DNA from: a virus
Taxonomy: Duplodnaviria > Caudoviricetes
Strand: one strand, 5' to 3'
Length of the DNA: 64,000 bases
Virus record (IMG/VR): IMGVR_UViG_3300014059_000005
Span: 64,001 to 128,000 of that record
Shown here: in pieces, positions 1 through 10,092 of the stretch
How positions within the stretch are numbered: position 1 is the stretch's first letter
Layout: each line of letters starts with the position of its first letter
Translations under genes and position numbers: made by a program
The notes under the pieces: model-generated
What the model was told of the DNA's origin: nothing
The model's input: the letters and a program-made list of their open reading frames with translations, nothing else
Databases searched by the model: none

Positions 1-1110
1 AGAGGAGAGCAATCGACTTCACCCGCCCCGGTGACTTCCTCGGAGACATCTTCCACAGAATCAGATACAGAAAAAACGCCCAATACCTCTCAGGAAGGTG
101 TCTCCATATCGGAGCCATTTGAGGACGAGGGAGACTTTACTGGAGAGGGTGGCGAATCTGAGGTAGCCCAACCAGAGACAACCAAACCCGAAGCACCTAA
201 ACAATCCACACCCCCTCCAGACAACTCGAATCTGCCCCTGCCAGATGAATTCCAACATCTGGAGGGTGAATCCTCTGGAGAGCAATCACAGACCCCCACG
301 AAGAAGCCCGTTAGCAAGGGCCAGCAGATTCGGGACATGCTCAAGGGAATGTCTACCGCAGAAGATGAGTTGTTGGACATCGATCTCATAAATTCCAGGG
401 AGATACAGATCCGGGATGCCATACCCAAGGGCAAGATCCCTCCCAAGGAGGTGCTCGCCGAACTGACGTCTCTGGAACAGGACAGAAAACTGGCCCTACG
501 GGCAATGGTCGAAAAGAACAAGAGGGCACATCAAACTCTGTTCGAGTCCCTGAAAGGGGACTCGAAGATGTCCCTGGAGGCCAGCACGGGGAGCAAGAGA
601 GTAGACGTGTCTATAAATTCCGGTTTGGATTTTGTGAACAAGGTGTTTACCGGAGCACCGACATCTCCGAAATACAAAGTCAACAAGGGGTATGATTCAC
701 GTCCAGGTTATTCCAACGGCAAGATTTTCATGCCGCACATGACTAATCCCGAGAATTCGGTTCACGAGATCGGCCATTTCTTGGAGGATAATGTACCGGG
801 GGTTTTGGACGCCACCCGGGAGTTCGCATCCAGAAGGTTCGGAGACGAAAAGCCTCAGCGTCTGGTAGACGTATACCCAGACGCGGGCTACGACGCCATA
901 GAAATGGGTCGCAAGGACAATTTCGACAAACTGCTGCCAACGACGGCTTATTACTTGGGCAAAGAGTACCCGGATGGTACGGAGATCCTGTCCATTGGTC
1001 TGGAATATCTGTACAGGGATCCGGTGTATTTCGCCCAGAAGGACCCCGATTATTTCGACTTCATCGTCGGAATCCTGGACGGCAGCGGGCGCAAGAAGAA
1101 GTCTACCTAA
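1..1110 (+). CDS. Partial head-associated (MuF-region-like) protein with C-terminal zincin metallopeptidase domain
   Basis: Frame is open from base 1. HEIGH (HExxH) motif with a downstream 'TEILSIGLE' third-ligand motif. Lies just upstream of the protease/capsid genes. Confidence 0.55.
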   Translation, partial: RGEQSTSPAPVTSSETSSTESDTEKTPNTSQEGVSISEPFEDEGDFTGEGGESEVAQPETTKPEAPKQSTPPPDNSNLPLPDEFQHLEGESSGEQSQTPTKKPVSKGQQIRDMLKGMSTAEDELLDIDLINSREIQIRDAIPKGKIPPKEVLAELTSLEQDRKLALRAMVEKNKRAHQTLFESLKGDSKMSLEASTGSKRVDVSINSGLDFVNKVFTGAPTSPKYKVNKGYDSRPGYSNGKIFMPHMTNPENSVHEIGHFLEDNVPGVLDATREFASRRFGDEKPQRLVDVYPDAGYDAIEMGRKDNFDKLLPTTAYYLGKEYPDGTEILSIGLEYLYRDPVYFAQKDPDYFDFIVGILDGSGRKKKST

Positions 1111-1120
1111 TTGGTGCAAA

Positions 1121-1363
1121 ATGATTGGACGCATCATACTCGATGGCGGGGACATCGTTCTGGAAGACGATATGACCATTAGCTGTCAGATTCCGGAAGC
1201 CCAGCGACTGTACCAGATGAAGTTCGACAACTACATGGAGTACGCTTACTCCCCCTCTCGTGGTGCCCCCGGCTACGAATTCATGCACCTGCTCAGTCGG
1301 CAACTGGGGGGCCGGTTGGAGATGAGACCGCCACCCCCTCTGAAGCCCGGGGTGGTATACTAG
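1121..1363 (+). CDS. Small hypothetical protein (possible partner of the upstream peptidase)
   Basis: ATG at 1121, 10 nt after the upstream stop; MIGRIILDGG... Confidence 0.5.
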   Translation: MIGRIILDGGDIVLEDDMTISCQIPEAQRLYQMKFDNYMEYAYSPSRGAPGYEFMHLLSRQLGGRLEMRPPPPLKPGVVY

Positions 1364-1450
1364 TCCCCTAGCGGCTCACCCATCCACGACAACCCAAGTT
1401 GCCGTAAATTCCTACGTTGGCAATAATTCGAGAGAGGTCTAGGATTCCTC

Positions 1451-1654
1451 ATGGCTGATAACAAGCCTACCCAAGCTGAGATCGAGGAACAGTTCCGCGA
1501 GCAGCTTGAAGACCTGGTCCAGATCGGTACGAAGCTGGCAGCGGTTTGCTCCTCGGTAACGGAACTCGTGGAGCTAATGGAACTGGCCAGGACCAATGAC
1601 GGTCAACTTCGTTTGATCCTCAGTCAAGTTCTGCCACAGGCAACAAAAAAATGA
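1451..1654 (+). CDS. Small coiled-coil hypothetical protein
   Basis: AGGA upstream; ATGA overlap with the next gene. Confidence 0.6.
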   Translation: MADNKPTQAEIEEQFREQLEDLVQIGTKLAAVCSSVTELVELMELARTNDGQLRLILSQVLPQATKK

Positions 1655-4563
1655 CTGCTCGTTCGGACATCTTCAGGACTCTCGATGGTCGGGGCAAGAG
1701 CCTCGATTCCACCCGGTGGTCCTACAAGCTGGCCGAAAACAGCTATGGCATGGACGTAGCCTATGCCGATAATCTCCAGATCAACGAGAAGGAGATGTCG
1801 GCCTGGATTCCGATCGCTGATGGGAATCGACGAGATGGTCAGGGTGATGTGCTCCTGGTCACTGGGATCGACACATCCAGGCACGCGGCCAATCCTCTGG
1901 TCTTGTTGGATCATGGAAAACACATCGCGTTGCCCATTGGTCTCATGGAGACCCGGGACACCAAGCAGTACACTTTTGCCATTGATCCTCTGACCAAGAC
2001 TGCTGGTGGTCGCTGCTACTTCTACCAGGGCGGCAACTCAGACTATCTGCCAACGAGTTCCGATTCATCCGGTAAGGCATTCCTGCCTAATAAATCCCAG
2101 CAGTTCGAGCATGCGGTCCTCTGCGAACAGCTGTTCGACATGATGGCCAAGCGTCTCCTGCGATCGGGGTCCATTGGTTATCAGGTCCAGGAAGCAGAAA
2201 GAATCCCCGCTGACTACGCTACAGGAATCCCCCAGGGATTGTTCCTCAAGCGTGTGCTCATGCTCGAAGGCTCTCTGGTGGTCCTGCCTGCCAACCAGGA
2301 CACTGTGCGCAAGGCCCTGGCCATGCCCAGGATCTGTGGCCGTCCCCCTTGTGAGATGCTGGTCAAATCTCTGTCTCCCTACGCCAGCAAACCCAACCCC
2401 GTGGTAATTTCGGGTTTTTCTCCAAAAATCGACAAAACCCTGAGCAATACCCCAACCAGCGAGGTCAGAAAGGTGGCTACCAAAGCACTGGATGGTATCC
2501 GCATGAAATACCGTCAGACCAAGCGGTTGAAGCGCAAATTGAAGTCGTCCAGCAAGGGGGCGGCAGTCGTCCACATCGAGCGCAAGGACATGGACCGTGC
2601 CCGTGAGGAGTCCGGCAAACTGGGCCTCAAGTTCTCCCACATGGGGACACACTCCAGTGGTCGCGAGAAGGTCAAACTGATTGGTGACGACGACAACATC
2701 GATCACGTCGCCAAGATGTTTGGCAAGCCCATGAGTTTCGGGAAGTCGGCGAAGCCTCTGACCAAAAAGAAATCACTCCCTGGGGGGAATATGAAGCAAG
2801 TCAATCACAAGACCAAGGCTCTGCCCCCGGAGGATCCCATGATGGACGATCCGATGGGTGCCCCGATGGATGACCTGGGCGGTATGGAAGAGCCGATGGA
2901 GGACGAGGTCTACTCAGCACAGGTTCTACGGATGATCCACAAGGATCACCAGATCCTGATGGAAGAGTACGACAAGGCCCTCAAGATGCTCGAACACGAG
3001 CACATCCGGGGCTTCATGGAAAAACTCATGACGTCGATCGACTCCCTCCTTACCGAGGTGGAGTCTCTGTTCCAGAAGTTCCATCCCGATCTCCCGGCCC
3101 TGGACGGGGCGATGGACAAGTCTCTCGATGAAGATCAGCCCCTCGACGACGAGGCCCTCGATCAGGAAATCGACGACGAGATGCTCGACGAGGCGGCAGA
3201 CGAGGAAGTAGTGGATGACCTCATGGACGAGGATGTCATGGAGGAAGGTGACCTCGACTCTGCCGACGACTCCGGGACCGAGGAAGTCTCCGAGGATGCC
3301 CCTGAGACAGACGATGTGGAGGCCATCGAGGAGGCCGAGCCCGATTCCACGGACGATCGGGACGGTGAGGAGCCCACCTCCGAGGACGTGGTCCAGGGCA
3401 TGAAGAAGGATCGCGGGATCGGTGCCAAGGGCAAGAAGTCCTTGCCCCAGAAGTCTCTGCCTCGCAAGTGCTCCAAGTGTGGGCCTGGGTGCAAGTGTGC
3501 CGAGTGCCAGAAGAAGTACAAGGGCGACAAGTGCATGAAGGAGCCGAATGCCCGCAAGCCAGGACCATGTCCCGGTGAGCATGACAAGAAGCCTGGTGGC
3601 GGTGCAGCGATTCCTGGTCGGGATGGGGCCAAGCCCCCGCGTGTTGCTGCTTCCAGGCCCGTGGACGGCTCCATCGATATCCCCGAGGCTGACCTGCCCA
3701 AGCCCCGACGCCGTCCCGGCAACGCGGGAACCGTCAATCCCAGGATGGGTGGTCAGCAACTGGAAGCCGACGACGTGACCACTGCTGATGGAGAAATGGC
3801 CGAGACCACGGACCACGAGAACCCCCAGGGCATGCTCTCGCATGACCTCAGTGACGATGAGCGACATGTCGTCCACCGAGCCGGCAAGTTCCTCAATCAC
3901 ACCTCGACCAATCAGGATTGGACCGAGGAGTCCCGGATGAAGGCGTACTACCACCACAAGTCGCTGGAGCCCATCTACGGAATGATCGAGCGGGATGAGG
4001 ATCACCAGCCCGTGGACGACAAGAAGACAGGCCAGAAATCCATTCCTGGCGATAGCCAGTGGGTCCAGGAGGAGGGTCAGGAAGCCGATCATGGTGGTCC
4101 CGACCATGCTCATGGGTCTCATGAGCATCAGGAAATGCACCCTGCTCGTATCAAGTGCATGGGTGCCGGCACCTTCCTGGGAGCCCTGTCCAAGGAGAAG
4201 GCCTTCGGCGAGGCCCACCGAGAGCAGGCCGGCATGCTCGCCAAGGAACTCGAATCTCTACACTCCGAGCACAACGAGGAACAGGAAACTCCTGACCACG
4301 ATGAGCAGGACAAGGAGACCGAGGAGATCCCAGGAGATACCTCAGATACCTCTGGGGATCCCACCACCCAGTATGGTGGGGACAACCCTGGCCCAGATGC
4401 CGCAGAGTCCGATTCCCTGGAGCAGGAGACCCCCGAGCCAGGTGAGATCGGCGAGAAGGGTAATCACAAGCAGAGCACCAAGGAACTGGCCCGCGTGCTC
4501 AGGGACCGCAGCAAGCGGCTCCAGGACATCCAGCGTCGGCTTACTTCCCTGAACTTCAACTGA
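1651..4563 (+). CDS. Prohead protease with long acidic/coiled-coil scaffold extension
   Basis: HK97/U35-like motifs 'RDGQGDVL', 'NPLVLLDH...LPIG', 'SIGY', 'LEGSLVVLPAN'; directly upstream of the capsid gene. Confidence 0.8.
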   Translation: MTARSDIFRTLDGRGKSLDSTRWSYKLAENSYGMDVAYADNLQINEKEMSAWIPIADGNRRDGQGDVLLVTGIDTSRHAANPLVLLDHGKHIALPIGLMETRDTKQYTFAIDPLTKTAGGRCYFYQGGNSDYLPTSSDSSGKAFLPNKSQQFEHAVLCEQLFDMMAKRLLRSGSIGYQVQEAERIPADYATGIPQGLFLKRVLMLEGSLVVLPANQDTVRKALAMPRICGRPPCEMLVKSLSPYASKPNPVVISGFSPKIDKTLSNTPTSEVRKVATKALDGIRMKYRQTKRLKRKLKSSSKGAAVVHIERKDMDRAREESGKLGLKFSHMGTHSSGREKVKLIGDDDNIDHVAKMFGKPMSFGKSAKPLTKKKSLPGGNMKQVNHKTKALPPEDPMMDDPMGAPMDDLGGMEEPMEDEVYSAQVLRMIHKDHQILMEEYDKALKMLEHEHIRGFMEKLMTSIDSLLTEVESLFQKFHPDLPALDGAMDKSLDEDQPLDDEALDQEIDDEMLDEAADEEVVDDLMDEDVMEEGDLDSADDSGTEEVSEDAPETDDVEAIEEAEPDSTDDRDGEEPTSEDVVQGMKKDRGIGAKGKKSLPQKSLPRKCSKCGPGCKCAECQKKYKGDKCMKEPNARKPGPCPGEHDKKPGGGAAIPGRDGAKPPRVAASRPVDGSIDIPEADLPKPRRRPGNAGTVNPRMGGQQLEADDVTTADGEMAETTDHENPQGMLSHDLSDDERHVVHRAGKFLNHTSTNQDWTEESRMKAYYHHKSLEPIYGMIERDEDHQPVDDKKTGQKSIPGDSQWVQEEGQEADHGGPDHAHGSHEHQEMHPARIKCMGAGTFLGALSKEKAFGEAHREQAGMLAKELESLHSEHNEEQETPDHDEQDKETEEIPGDTSDTSGDPTTQYGGDNPGPDAAESDSLEQETPEPGEIGEKGNHKQSTKELARVLRDRSKRLQDIQRRLTSLNFN

Positions 4564-4675
4564 TCCGTATCGAGCCTTGGTTATCTGCTTCTTGCTTCGA
4601 CCACCGTCCCGCCTCCGGATCAACGGCGATCCAGGGTGGGTTCCACTAAAACCGTAACCGTGAGGCGACATTCCA

Positions 4676-6133
4676 ATGGCAACAGCCCCCAACAAGGACC
4701 TTTCCTCGATCGTGGCCGAGCAGGGCAAGCAGATCGATGGTCTGGTCAAATCCCTGGACACCGTGGTGACGCGACTCAAGTCCACCCCGGCACATGGGAT
4801 GCCAACCCCCACCTCTGTCTTCGGAACTCCCAACGTCCGAAGCGGTGAGAACATCATGGGAAGCCGTGGGTTCTCCTTCATGAAAATGCTGGGCATGATC
4901 ACGGGTGCTGTGCCCCGCGAGCAGGCCAAGATCGAACTGGACGTTCACAACCGTCTGCACGATGTCTTCTGCAAGAACCTGGGCGATGCCGGTTACTCCT
5001 ATGGTGGCTCGGGCCACCCCGGTGTCAACAAGTTCATGGCCCCTTTGGCCAGCGGTTTCTTCCAGGAAGGTCTCGTCAACCGAGACTTCCGCAACGAGAT
5101 GAAGTCCCTGGTCGCCGCAGGTGGTGACGGGGCCGATCTCGACCACATGAAATGGATCCGCACCAAGCAGTTCGAGTCGATGGGGTATAGCTCCAAGGCC
5201 CTGTCCTGGCTCAACGAGTTGACGGGTGGTGCCCTGGTGGCTCCCCCCGAGATGGGCGAACTCATCGAACTGCTCCGTAACAAGGAAGCCCTGGTCAACG
5301 CCGGTGCCCGAGTCGTTCCCCTACCTCCGCAGGGACGCCTCAAGTACCCACGGCAGACGTCTGCTTCCCTCACCTACTGGGTGGGTGAAAACACGGCGAT
5401 CACCGAGTCCTCGGTTGGGACTGGCGAGGTGACGCTCCAGGCCAAGAAGCTGGCGGTCCTCATCAAGGCCCCCAACGAACTCATCCGCTTTGCGTCCCCT
5501 GCCGCAGAGGCCCTCCTCCGTGACGACATGACCAAGTCTTTGGCCCTGGGCCTGGACCTGGCCGGTCTCGAAGGTCTGGGTGGCGATACCCGGCCTCTGG
5601 GTATCATCAACCAGCCTGGCATCAACCGGATCACCTCTAGCTCTCCTGGGGCCAACGGTGACGCCCTGGTTGGCCAGGATGTCTACCGTATGATCGCGTC
5701 CATCGAGGAATCGAACGCCGAGATGGAAGGCTGGATCATGCGGCCGAAAACTCTGTACCGCTACTTCCAGCTTCGCTCGGACGCGGTGGCCCAGGGTGAT
5801 TCGGCCGGCATGTTCCTGTTCAATCTGGTCCGCGAGGCTGGGGACTCCATGAGCGCTCCGTCTCTGGGAGGTTTCCCGGTCACGAAGTCCACCCAGGTCA
5901 GCCAGGTCCAATCGAAGGGGACTTCCAGCAATCTGACCTACATCACCTTTGGTATGTGGTCGGACCTCCTGATCGGGATGTTCGGTGCGATCGAGTTTGC
6001 CGCGACCAGCCTGGGTGATACCAGCTTCGTGGCGGATCAGACCTGGATCCGGGCTTTGGTGTCTGCGGACATCGCTCCCCGGCACCCCAGCGCCTTCGGC
6101 GTAATGTCGAATCTGATCGTCGTTCCGAGCTAA
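4676..6133 (+). CDS. Major capsid protein (HK97 fold)
   Basis: 'GGALVAPPEM..LIELLR', 'YWVGEN', 'VTLQAKKLAVLIKAPNELI', 'P.GI' motifs. Confidence 0.92.
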   Translation: MATAPNKDLSSIVAEQGKQIDGLVKSLDTVVTRLKSTPAHGMPTPTSVFGTPNVRSGENIMGSRGFSFMKMLGMITGAVPREQAKIELDVHNRLHDVFCKNLGDAGYSYGGSGHPGVNKFMAPLASGFFQEGLVNRDFRNEMKSLVAAGGDGADLDHMKWIRTKQFESMGYSSKALSWLNELTGGALVAPPEMGELIELLRNKEALVNAGARVVPLPPQGRLKYPRQTSASLTYWVGENTAITESSVGTGEVTLQAKKLAVLIKAPNELIRFASPAAEALLRDDMTKSLALGLDLAGLEGLGGDTRPLGIINQPGINRITSSSPGANGDALVGQDVYRMIASIEESNAEMEGWIMRPKTLYRYFQLRSDAVAQGDSAGMFLFNLVREAGDSMSAPSLGGFPVTKSTQVSQVQSKGTSSNLTYITFGMWSDLLIGMFGAIEFAATSLGDTSFVADQTWIRALVSADIAPRHPSAFGVMSNLIVVPS

Positions 6134-6238
6134 CCAAGAGTCCCAAACGGTCTTCCTTTCGGTGGGGGGTGCGGGTTGCAAACCAATCCCCCCACTGTTT
6201 AACCGAAAGCGAAGACCAGACAGAAAGGAAGACGTAAG

Positions 6239-7279
6239 ATGCCGAAAGGCCGATGGAGCCAATCCGAGATGCGTTACCTGCGAGAGCACTGGTCTACAGA
6301 CGGATCCAAGGCGGTTGCCACCGCTCTTGGGCTCGACTGGCAGAACGTGCAACGCAAGGCGAAGCGGATGGGATTGGTTGCCAACAAAGAATCCCGCTAC
6401 AAGCGAAGTGGTGCCACCCTGGCGTCCCACAACTGCTCTAGTGACACCAACTACTTCACCAGGGACTGGTCCCCAAATCTGGCGTATATCGTCGGATACA
6501 TCTTTGCCGATGGCTGCATCTCCAAGAACTGGTACAGTCTGTGTTTCTTGTGCCACAGCAAGGACGAGGAGATCCTTGTAGCGATCCATAGGGAATTGAA
6601 CGTCGCCACGAAGATCCACAGGGATCCAGCAAGGGAATACGGAGGCCGGAAAAACGGACCCAGGACATACTTCAGCGTTAGCAATAAACGGTTGGTGTTG
6701 TCCCTGCAAGACCGCTTCGGGCTAGTCCCCCAGAAGTCCGATCTCGATCTGCCCATGCCGGAGATCCCGGACGCCTACGTCGGACATTTCGTCCGTGGCT
6801 ATTTCGACGGCGATGGACATATTGCCATGTCGAAAAAACACAACGGGGGTAATTTCAGTTTCGTTGGGACCGAGAAGTTTGTTCGGCAGATGTCTTCCGT
6901 TATTTGTCGTTTGATTGGCACCAATAGAGTTTGTGTGAGTTGTCAAAAAGGACTGTGGTCGGCCGCATGGACCCTACGGGACTCTTTGAAGAAGATCCAC
7001 AAGCTGATCTACCCAGAGGGAGACTACATCTACCTCTCTAGGAAGCGGCAGGTGTTCGATTCTCTGCTCCAGAGGGAAGTCAAACCCGTAGCGGTGCCCT
7101 GGACCCAGAAAGAGGAGGAATTCCTCCGTAAGTACTACAACGATGTTCCCTTTGGTAAGATTGCAAAGGCTCTGGGACGTTCCCAGTCCTCAGTATGCTA
7201 CAAGGTGGGGATCCTGGGTCTCGTAGCTGCTCAGAACAAGCCCAGGAAGAACCATGTGACAATGGAACCAATTACCTAA
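6239..7279 (+). CDS. Free-standing double-motif LAGLIDADG homing endonuclease with terminal HTH repeats
   Basis: 'AYIVGYIFADGCI' and 'FVRGYFDGDGHI'; W-x-x-x-E-x-x-(Y/F)-L-R HTH repeats at both termini. Confidence 0.85.
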   Translation: MPKGRWSQSEMRYLREHWSTDGSKAVATALGLDWQNVQRKAKRMGLVANKESRYKRSGATLASHNCSSDTNYFTRDWSPNLAYIVGYIFADGCISKNWYSLCFLCHSKDEEILVAIHRELNVATKIHRDPAREYGGRKNGPRTYFSVSNKRLVLSLQDRFGLVPQKSDLDLPMPEIPDAYVGHFVRGYFDGDGHIAMSKKHNGGNFSFVGTEKFVRQMSSVICRLIGTNRVCVSCQKGLWSAAWTLRDSLKKIHKLIYPEGDYIYLSRKRQVFDSLLQREVKPVAVPWTQKEEEFLRKYYNDVPFGKIAKALGRSQSSVCYKVGILGLVAAQNKPRKNHVTMEPIT

Positions 7280-7292
7280 TAACGGAGAGAAA

Positions 7293-7829
7293 ATGTCCGC
7301 AAATCTCCTCGTCGATTTATCCAGTACAGGGGACTATGCGATCTCCATCGCATCCGCTACTGGCGTCGGTTCGACTCCTGCCTCCGGCGTCATCATCGGT
7401 GCCATCACCGATATGATCAACGCCAATACCTTCTGCAACATCTTCGTCGCGGGCGGGGCCACCAGCGGCCCTCTGGGCGTCCAGGTCCAGTGCTCCGACA
7501 CCACCACGTCGGGGTCGTTCACTGATCCGACGTCCGGCCTGCTCCAGATGCCGACCAACTTCTCGTCGGGCGGTATCCTCTGGGTCAACTCCGGTTTGTG
7601 GTCCAGTGGTAATCAGCCCCTGAGCCCTCCAGTGGACAGCGCTCCGATCTTCTGCTCGGGCGGCATCATGTTCGGGGCCTTCCAGCGACCACAGCGGTAT
7701 GCCCGACTGATCGCCCTGTCGGGGACCTTCACCGCCAACGTCATGGCGGGGTTCATCTCGAACCTCAAGATGACGGGGTCTGGCGCCGGCTACAGTCTTT
7801 CGCCCTCGTCCGGCGTGGTAAACGTCTAG
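7293..7829 (+). CDS. Putative capsid decoration/minor head protein
   Basis: Beta-rich Gly/Ser protein following the capsid gene; assigned by position. Confidence 0.5.
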   Translation: MSANLLVDLSSTGDYAISIASATGVGSTPASGVIIGAITDMINANTFCNIFVAGGATSGPLGVQVQCSDTTTSGSFTDPTSGLLQMPTNFSSGGILWVNSGLWSSGNQPLSPPVDSAPIFCSGGIMFGAFQRPQRYARLIALSGTFTANVMAGFISNLKMTGSGAGYSLSPSSGVVNV

Positions 7830-7857
7830 TAAGACATTCAATGTCTCAAATAGGAGG

Positions 7858-7890
7858 AGGACCGGGAGCACTTCTCGGTCCTTTTCCTTT
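7858..7890 (+). terminator. Intrinsic terminator after capsid operon
   Basis: GGACCGGGAG-cac-TTCTCGGTCC stem followed by TTTTCCTTT. Confidence 0.7.
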
Positions 7891-7972
7891 GGATAGATCC
7901 AAAGCATCTCCCTCCCACTGGTCGGAAAATCGCCCCGGTGGGACAATGTGGTAGGACACCGGGAGCAACTCC

Positions 7973-8647
7973 ATGATTCTCAGCGACCTCCAAGAGTGTA
8001 AGAAGCTCCTCGACATCGACCCGGAGAACACCTCCGAGGATGTCAAGCTCTCCATCTACCTGGAGTGTGCTACCAACTGGGTCGAGACGTTCCTCAACCG
8101 CAAGCTAACTCGCAAGGAACGCACGGAATACTACAAGGGCACCGGCACCCAGAAGTTGCTCCTGCGAGTACGGCCCGTGTTCTTGCCCTTATCGGTGTAT
8201 GTGGATACCCAGAACGGTAACTGGGGCCAGTCCTCGGATTCCTTTGCCTCCACGACACTTCTGACTTATGGCTCGGACTACGTTCTCCAGGTGGACGACG
8301 AGAACGGCGATCGCTCCCAGTGTGGTATCCTGATCCGCCTCAAGGGGTACTGGCCCAAGCCCTATGCCCGTGTCACGGGGCTACTATCTCCCTTCATCAA
8401 TTTCGATCCAGGATCGGTCAAGGTCGTCTACACGGCAGGCTATACTATCGACACCCTACCAGCCGCCATCCGACTGGCCTGTGACTCCCTGGTAGCCGCC
8501 TACAGGTATGTCTTTCCCCTAGGCATGGTTCTCGACAATGAATCTTACGAGGAGCGGTCGATCCGCACTCACATCGAGAAGGCCAGGGACTACTGCTTCA
8601 TGGTAGCCAAGCCGCTGCTGCTACCTTATCGGAACTGGAACTTCTAA
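7973..8647 (+). CDS. Head-tail connector/adaptor (gp6/gp15-like)
   Basis: 'ECKKLLDI...ED..L..YL..A...VE.FLNR', 'V.V.YTAGY....P..I..A', 'LL.PYR'. Confidence 0.8.
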   Translation: MILSDLQECKKLLDIDPENTSEDVKLSIYLECATNWVETFLNRKLTRKERTEYYKGTGTQKLLLRVRPVFLPLSVYVDTQNGNWGQSSDSFASTTLLTYGSDYVLQVDDENGDRSQCGILIRLKGYWPKPYARVTGLLSPFINFDPGSVKVVYTAGYTIDTLPAAIRLACDSLVAAYRYVFPLGMVLDNESYEERSIRTHIEKARDYCFMVAKPLLLPYRNWNF

Positions 8648-8703
8648 AGGGCATTCCAGGAAACTCAAATCCCAACACCCGATTCGAGGACTCCAGGTGC
8701 AAT

Positions 8704-8940
8704 ATGTTCGTTGTCTGGACCACCTCACCGCTCGATTCCTCCTGGGAGGAACGAGATCGTCAGATGGACTCCGCTGCGGGCAGGCCCAGCGACTCCTCCC
8801 AGGCATCCTTCACCACGGGGATGTCAGGTCCAGGACTACGCGAGCGGGGTTGGGTGATCGCTAACTTTGTCGAAGCAATCAGGATCAAGAATAAACTCAA
8901 TCACATCGACAAGGTACGAGCTATGGTACGGGAGGCTTAG
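8704..8940 (+). CDS. Hypothetical protein
   Basis: ORF fills the gap in the operon. Confidence 0.4.
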   Translation: MFVVWTTSPLDSSWEERDRQMDSAAGRPSDSSQASFTTGMSGPGLRERGWVIANFVEAIRIKNKLNHIDKVRAMVREA

Positions 8941-8944
8941 ACAC

Positions 8945-9235
8945 ATGATGGACCCCAAGAACCTGGAAGGTATTCGGGTGCTCACAACCGATGGGGAGGG
9001 CAATACTGTCTGTCGCTCCGAGATCATCTTGCGAAACCTCGATCCGAATGCCTACCCTGATCAGTCTGTGTACTACGACAAGATCCGGGACTTCCTGGAG
9101 GACTACCAGGGCATCCCCGAAGGCTTTGTGGCCAACAGCAGGCTGATCACCATCAACGAGGCAGGAACCGAGGTAAGGCAGGAGGTCCACAGCACCGAGG
9201 CGTACCCGGGGGCCTTTCTGAAAACTCAGGGATAG
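8945..9235 (+). CDS. Hypothetical protein
   Basis: GGGAGG upstream of ATG 8945. Confidence 0.5.
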   Translation: MMDPKNLEGIRVLTTDGEGNTVCRSEIILRNLDPNAYPDQSVYYDKIRDFLEDYQGIPEGFVANSRLITINEAGTEVRQEVHSTEAYPGAFLKTQG

Positions 9236-9241
9236 GATTGC

Positions 9242-9529
9242 ATGATCCCAAAGGGGAAGAGTCTGGGGAACTGTCTCACAGGGGCTCTGTGGCTCCGGTG
9301 GAAGTTCGGGGGCCGTCTACGGGGACTCTTGTTGCAGCCTCATACCCCCAGGCACTGGGTTTGTGTGTTCCCAGATGGTCAGGTATGGCACTTTGGTCGG
9401 GTGCGGAACGTATTCCCCTGGCCTTTTAGTATTCTCCTGTTCGTGGGAAAGTACCAGAGGCTAGATGAAAATAGACCTAATTTTGGTCTGGATCATCTGT
9501 CGGACGCCGTGGTGGAGGAGAGAATATGA
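9242..9529 (+). CDS. Hypothetical protein
   Basis: AGGA upstream; ATGA overlap downstream. Confidence 0.5.
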   Translation: MIPKGKSLGNCLTGALWLRWKFGGRLRGLLLQPHTPRHWVCVFPDGQVWHFGRVRNVFPWPFSILLFVGKYQRLDENRPNFGLDHLSDAVVEERI

Positions 9530-10092
9530 CCGTAACGAGTGCCGAGAAACTGACCTCGCAGTCCCTGAAAGGCATGATCCCTGGTAAGGACTTCGACGCT
9601 TTGTTGTTCCGGGAGTTGGGGAGGTGGGCCGGCAAGTTCTACATCCCCAGGGCGGTGTCTACCTGTCGAGATGACGTTCTATGGCTCGTAGATGAGGTCT
9701 ACAGGCACTGTAGAGGGGTGCTGCCCCCTGGATCCGCCGAGAGGTTCCTGGAGTATGTGGAGGGCCTCTACGACCCACGAACGCTGTCTCGTGTGGTCCT
9801 GGAGTTCATCCTGCTGGATGGGAAGGTATCAGGCAGGTGTGAGGAGTCCGAAAAACTCATCGCAGCCCGCGATCAGTCGGCACGGGAGTGCCTCCGTCTG
9901 GCCGGGGAACTGGAGATGTGGTCTCTTAGCCTCCAGGGATATATCAAGGTGCTCAAAGGAGAGGCCACGGATCTCACGGGTATGGGTCTGGAGAGGATGG
10001 TCTTCGGTCATCTGGAGCGGATCCTGGGCAAGAAACTCGTGGACATCGAACCGTCTGACGCAGGAGGACCAGATGCCGCTCAACCCCAATAA
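9526..10092 (+). CDS. Hypothetical protein
   Basis: GGAGGAG RBS; coupled ORF. Confidence 0.55.
   Translation: MTVTSAEKLTSQSLKGMIPGKDFDALLFRELGRWAGKFYIPRAVSTCRDDVLWLVDEVYRHCRGVLPPGSAERFLEYVEGLYDPRTLSRVVLEFILLDGKVSGRCEESEKLIAARDQSARECLRLAGELEMWSLSLQGYIKVLKGEATDLTGMGLERMVFGHLERILGKKLVDIEPSDAGGPDAAQPQ

Noticed and set aside
2926-6709. Long antisense ORFs (e.g. 2926-4218, 5321-6709) and similar shadows elsewhere
   Set aside because: Expected antisense shadows of GC-rich coding genes; no motifs or RBS.
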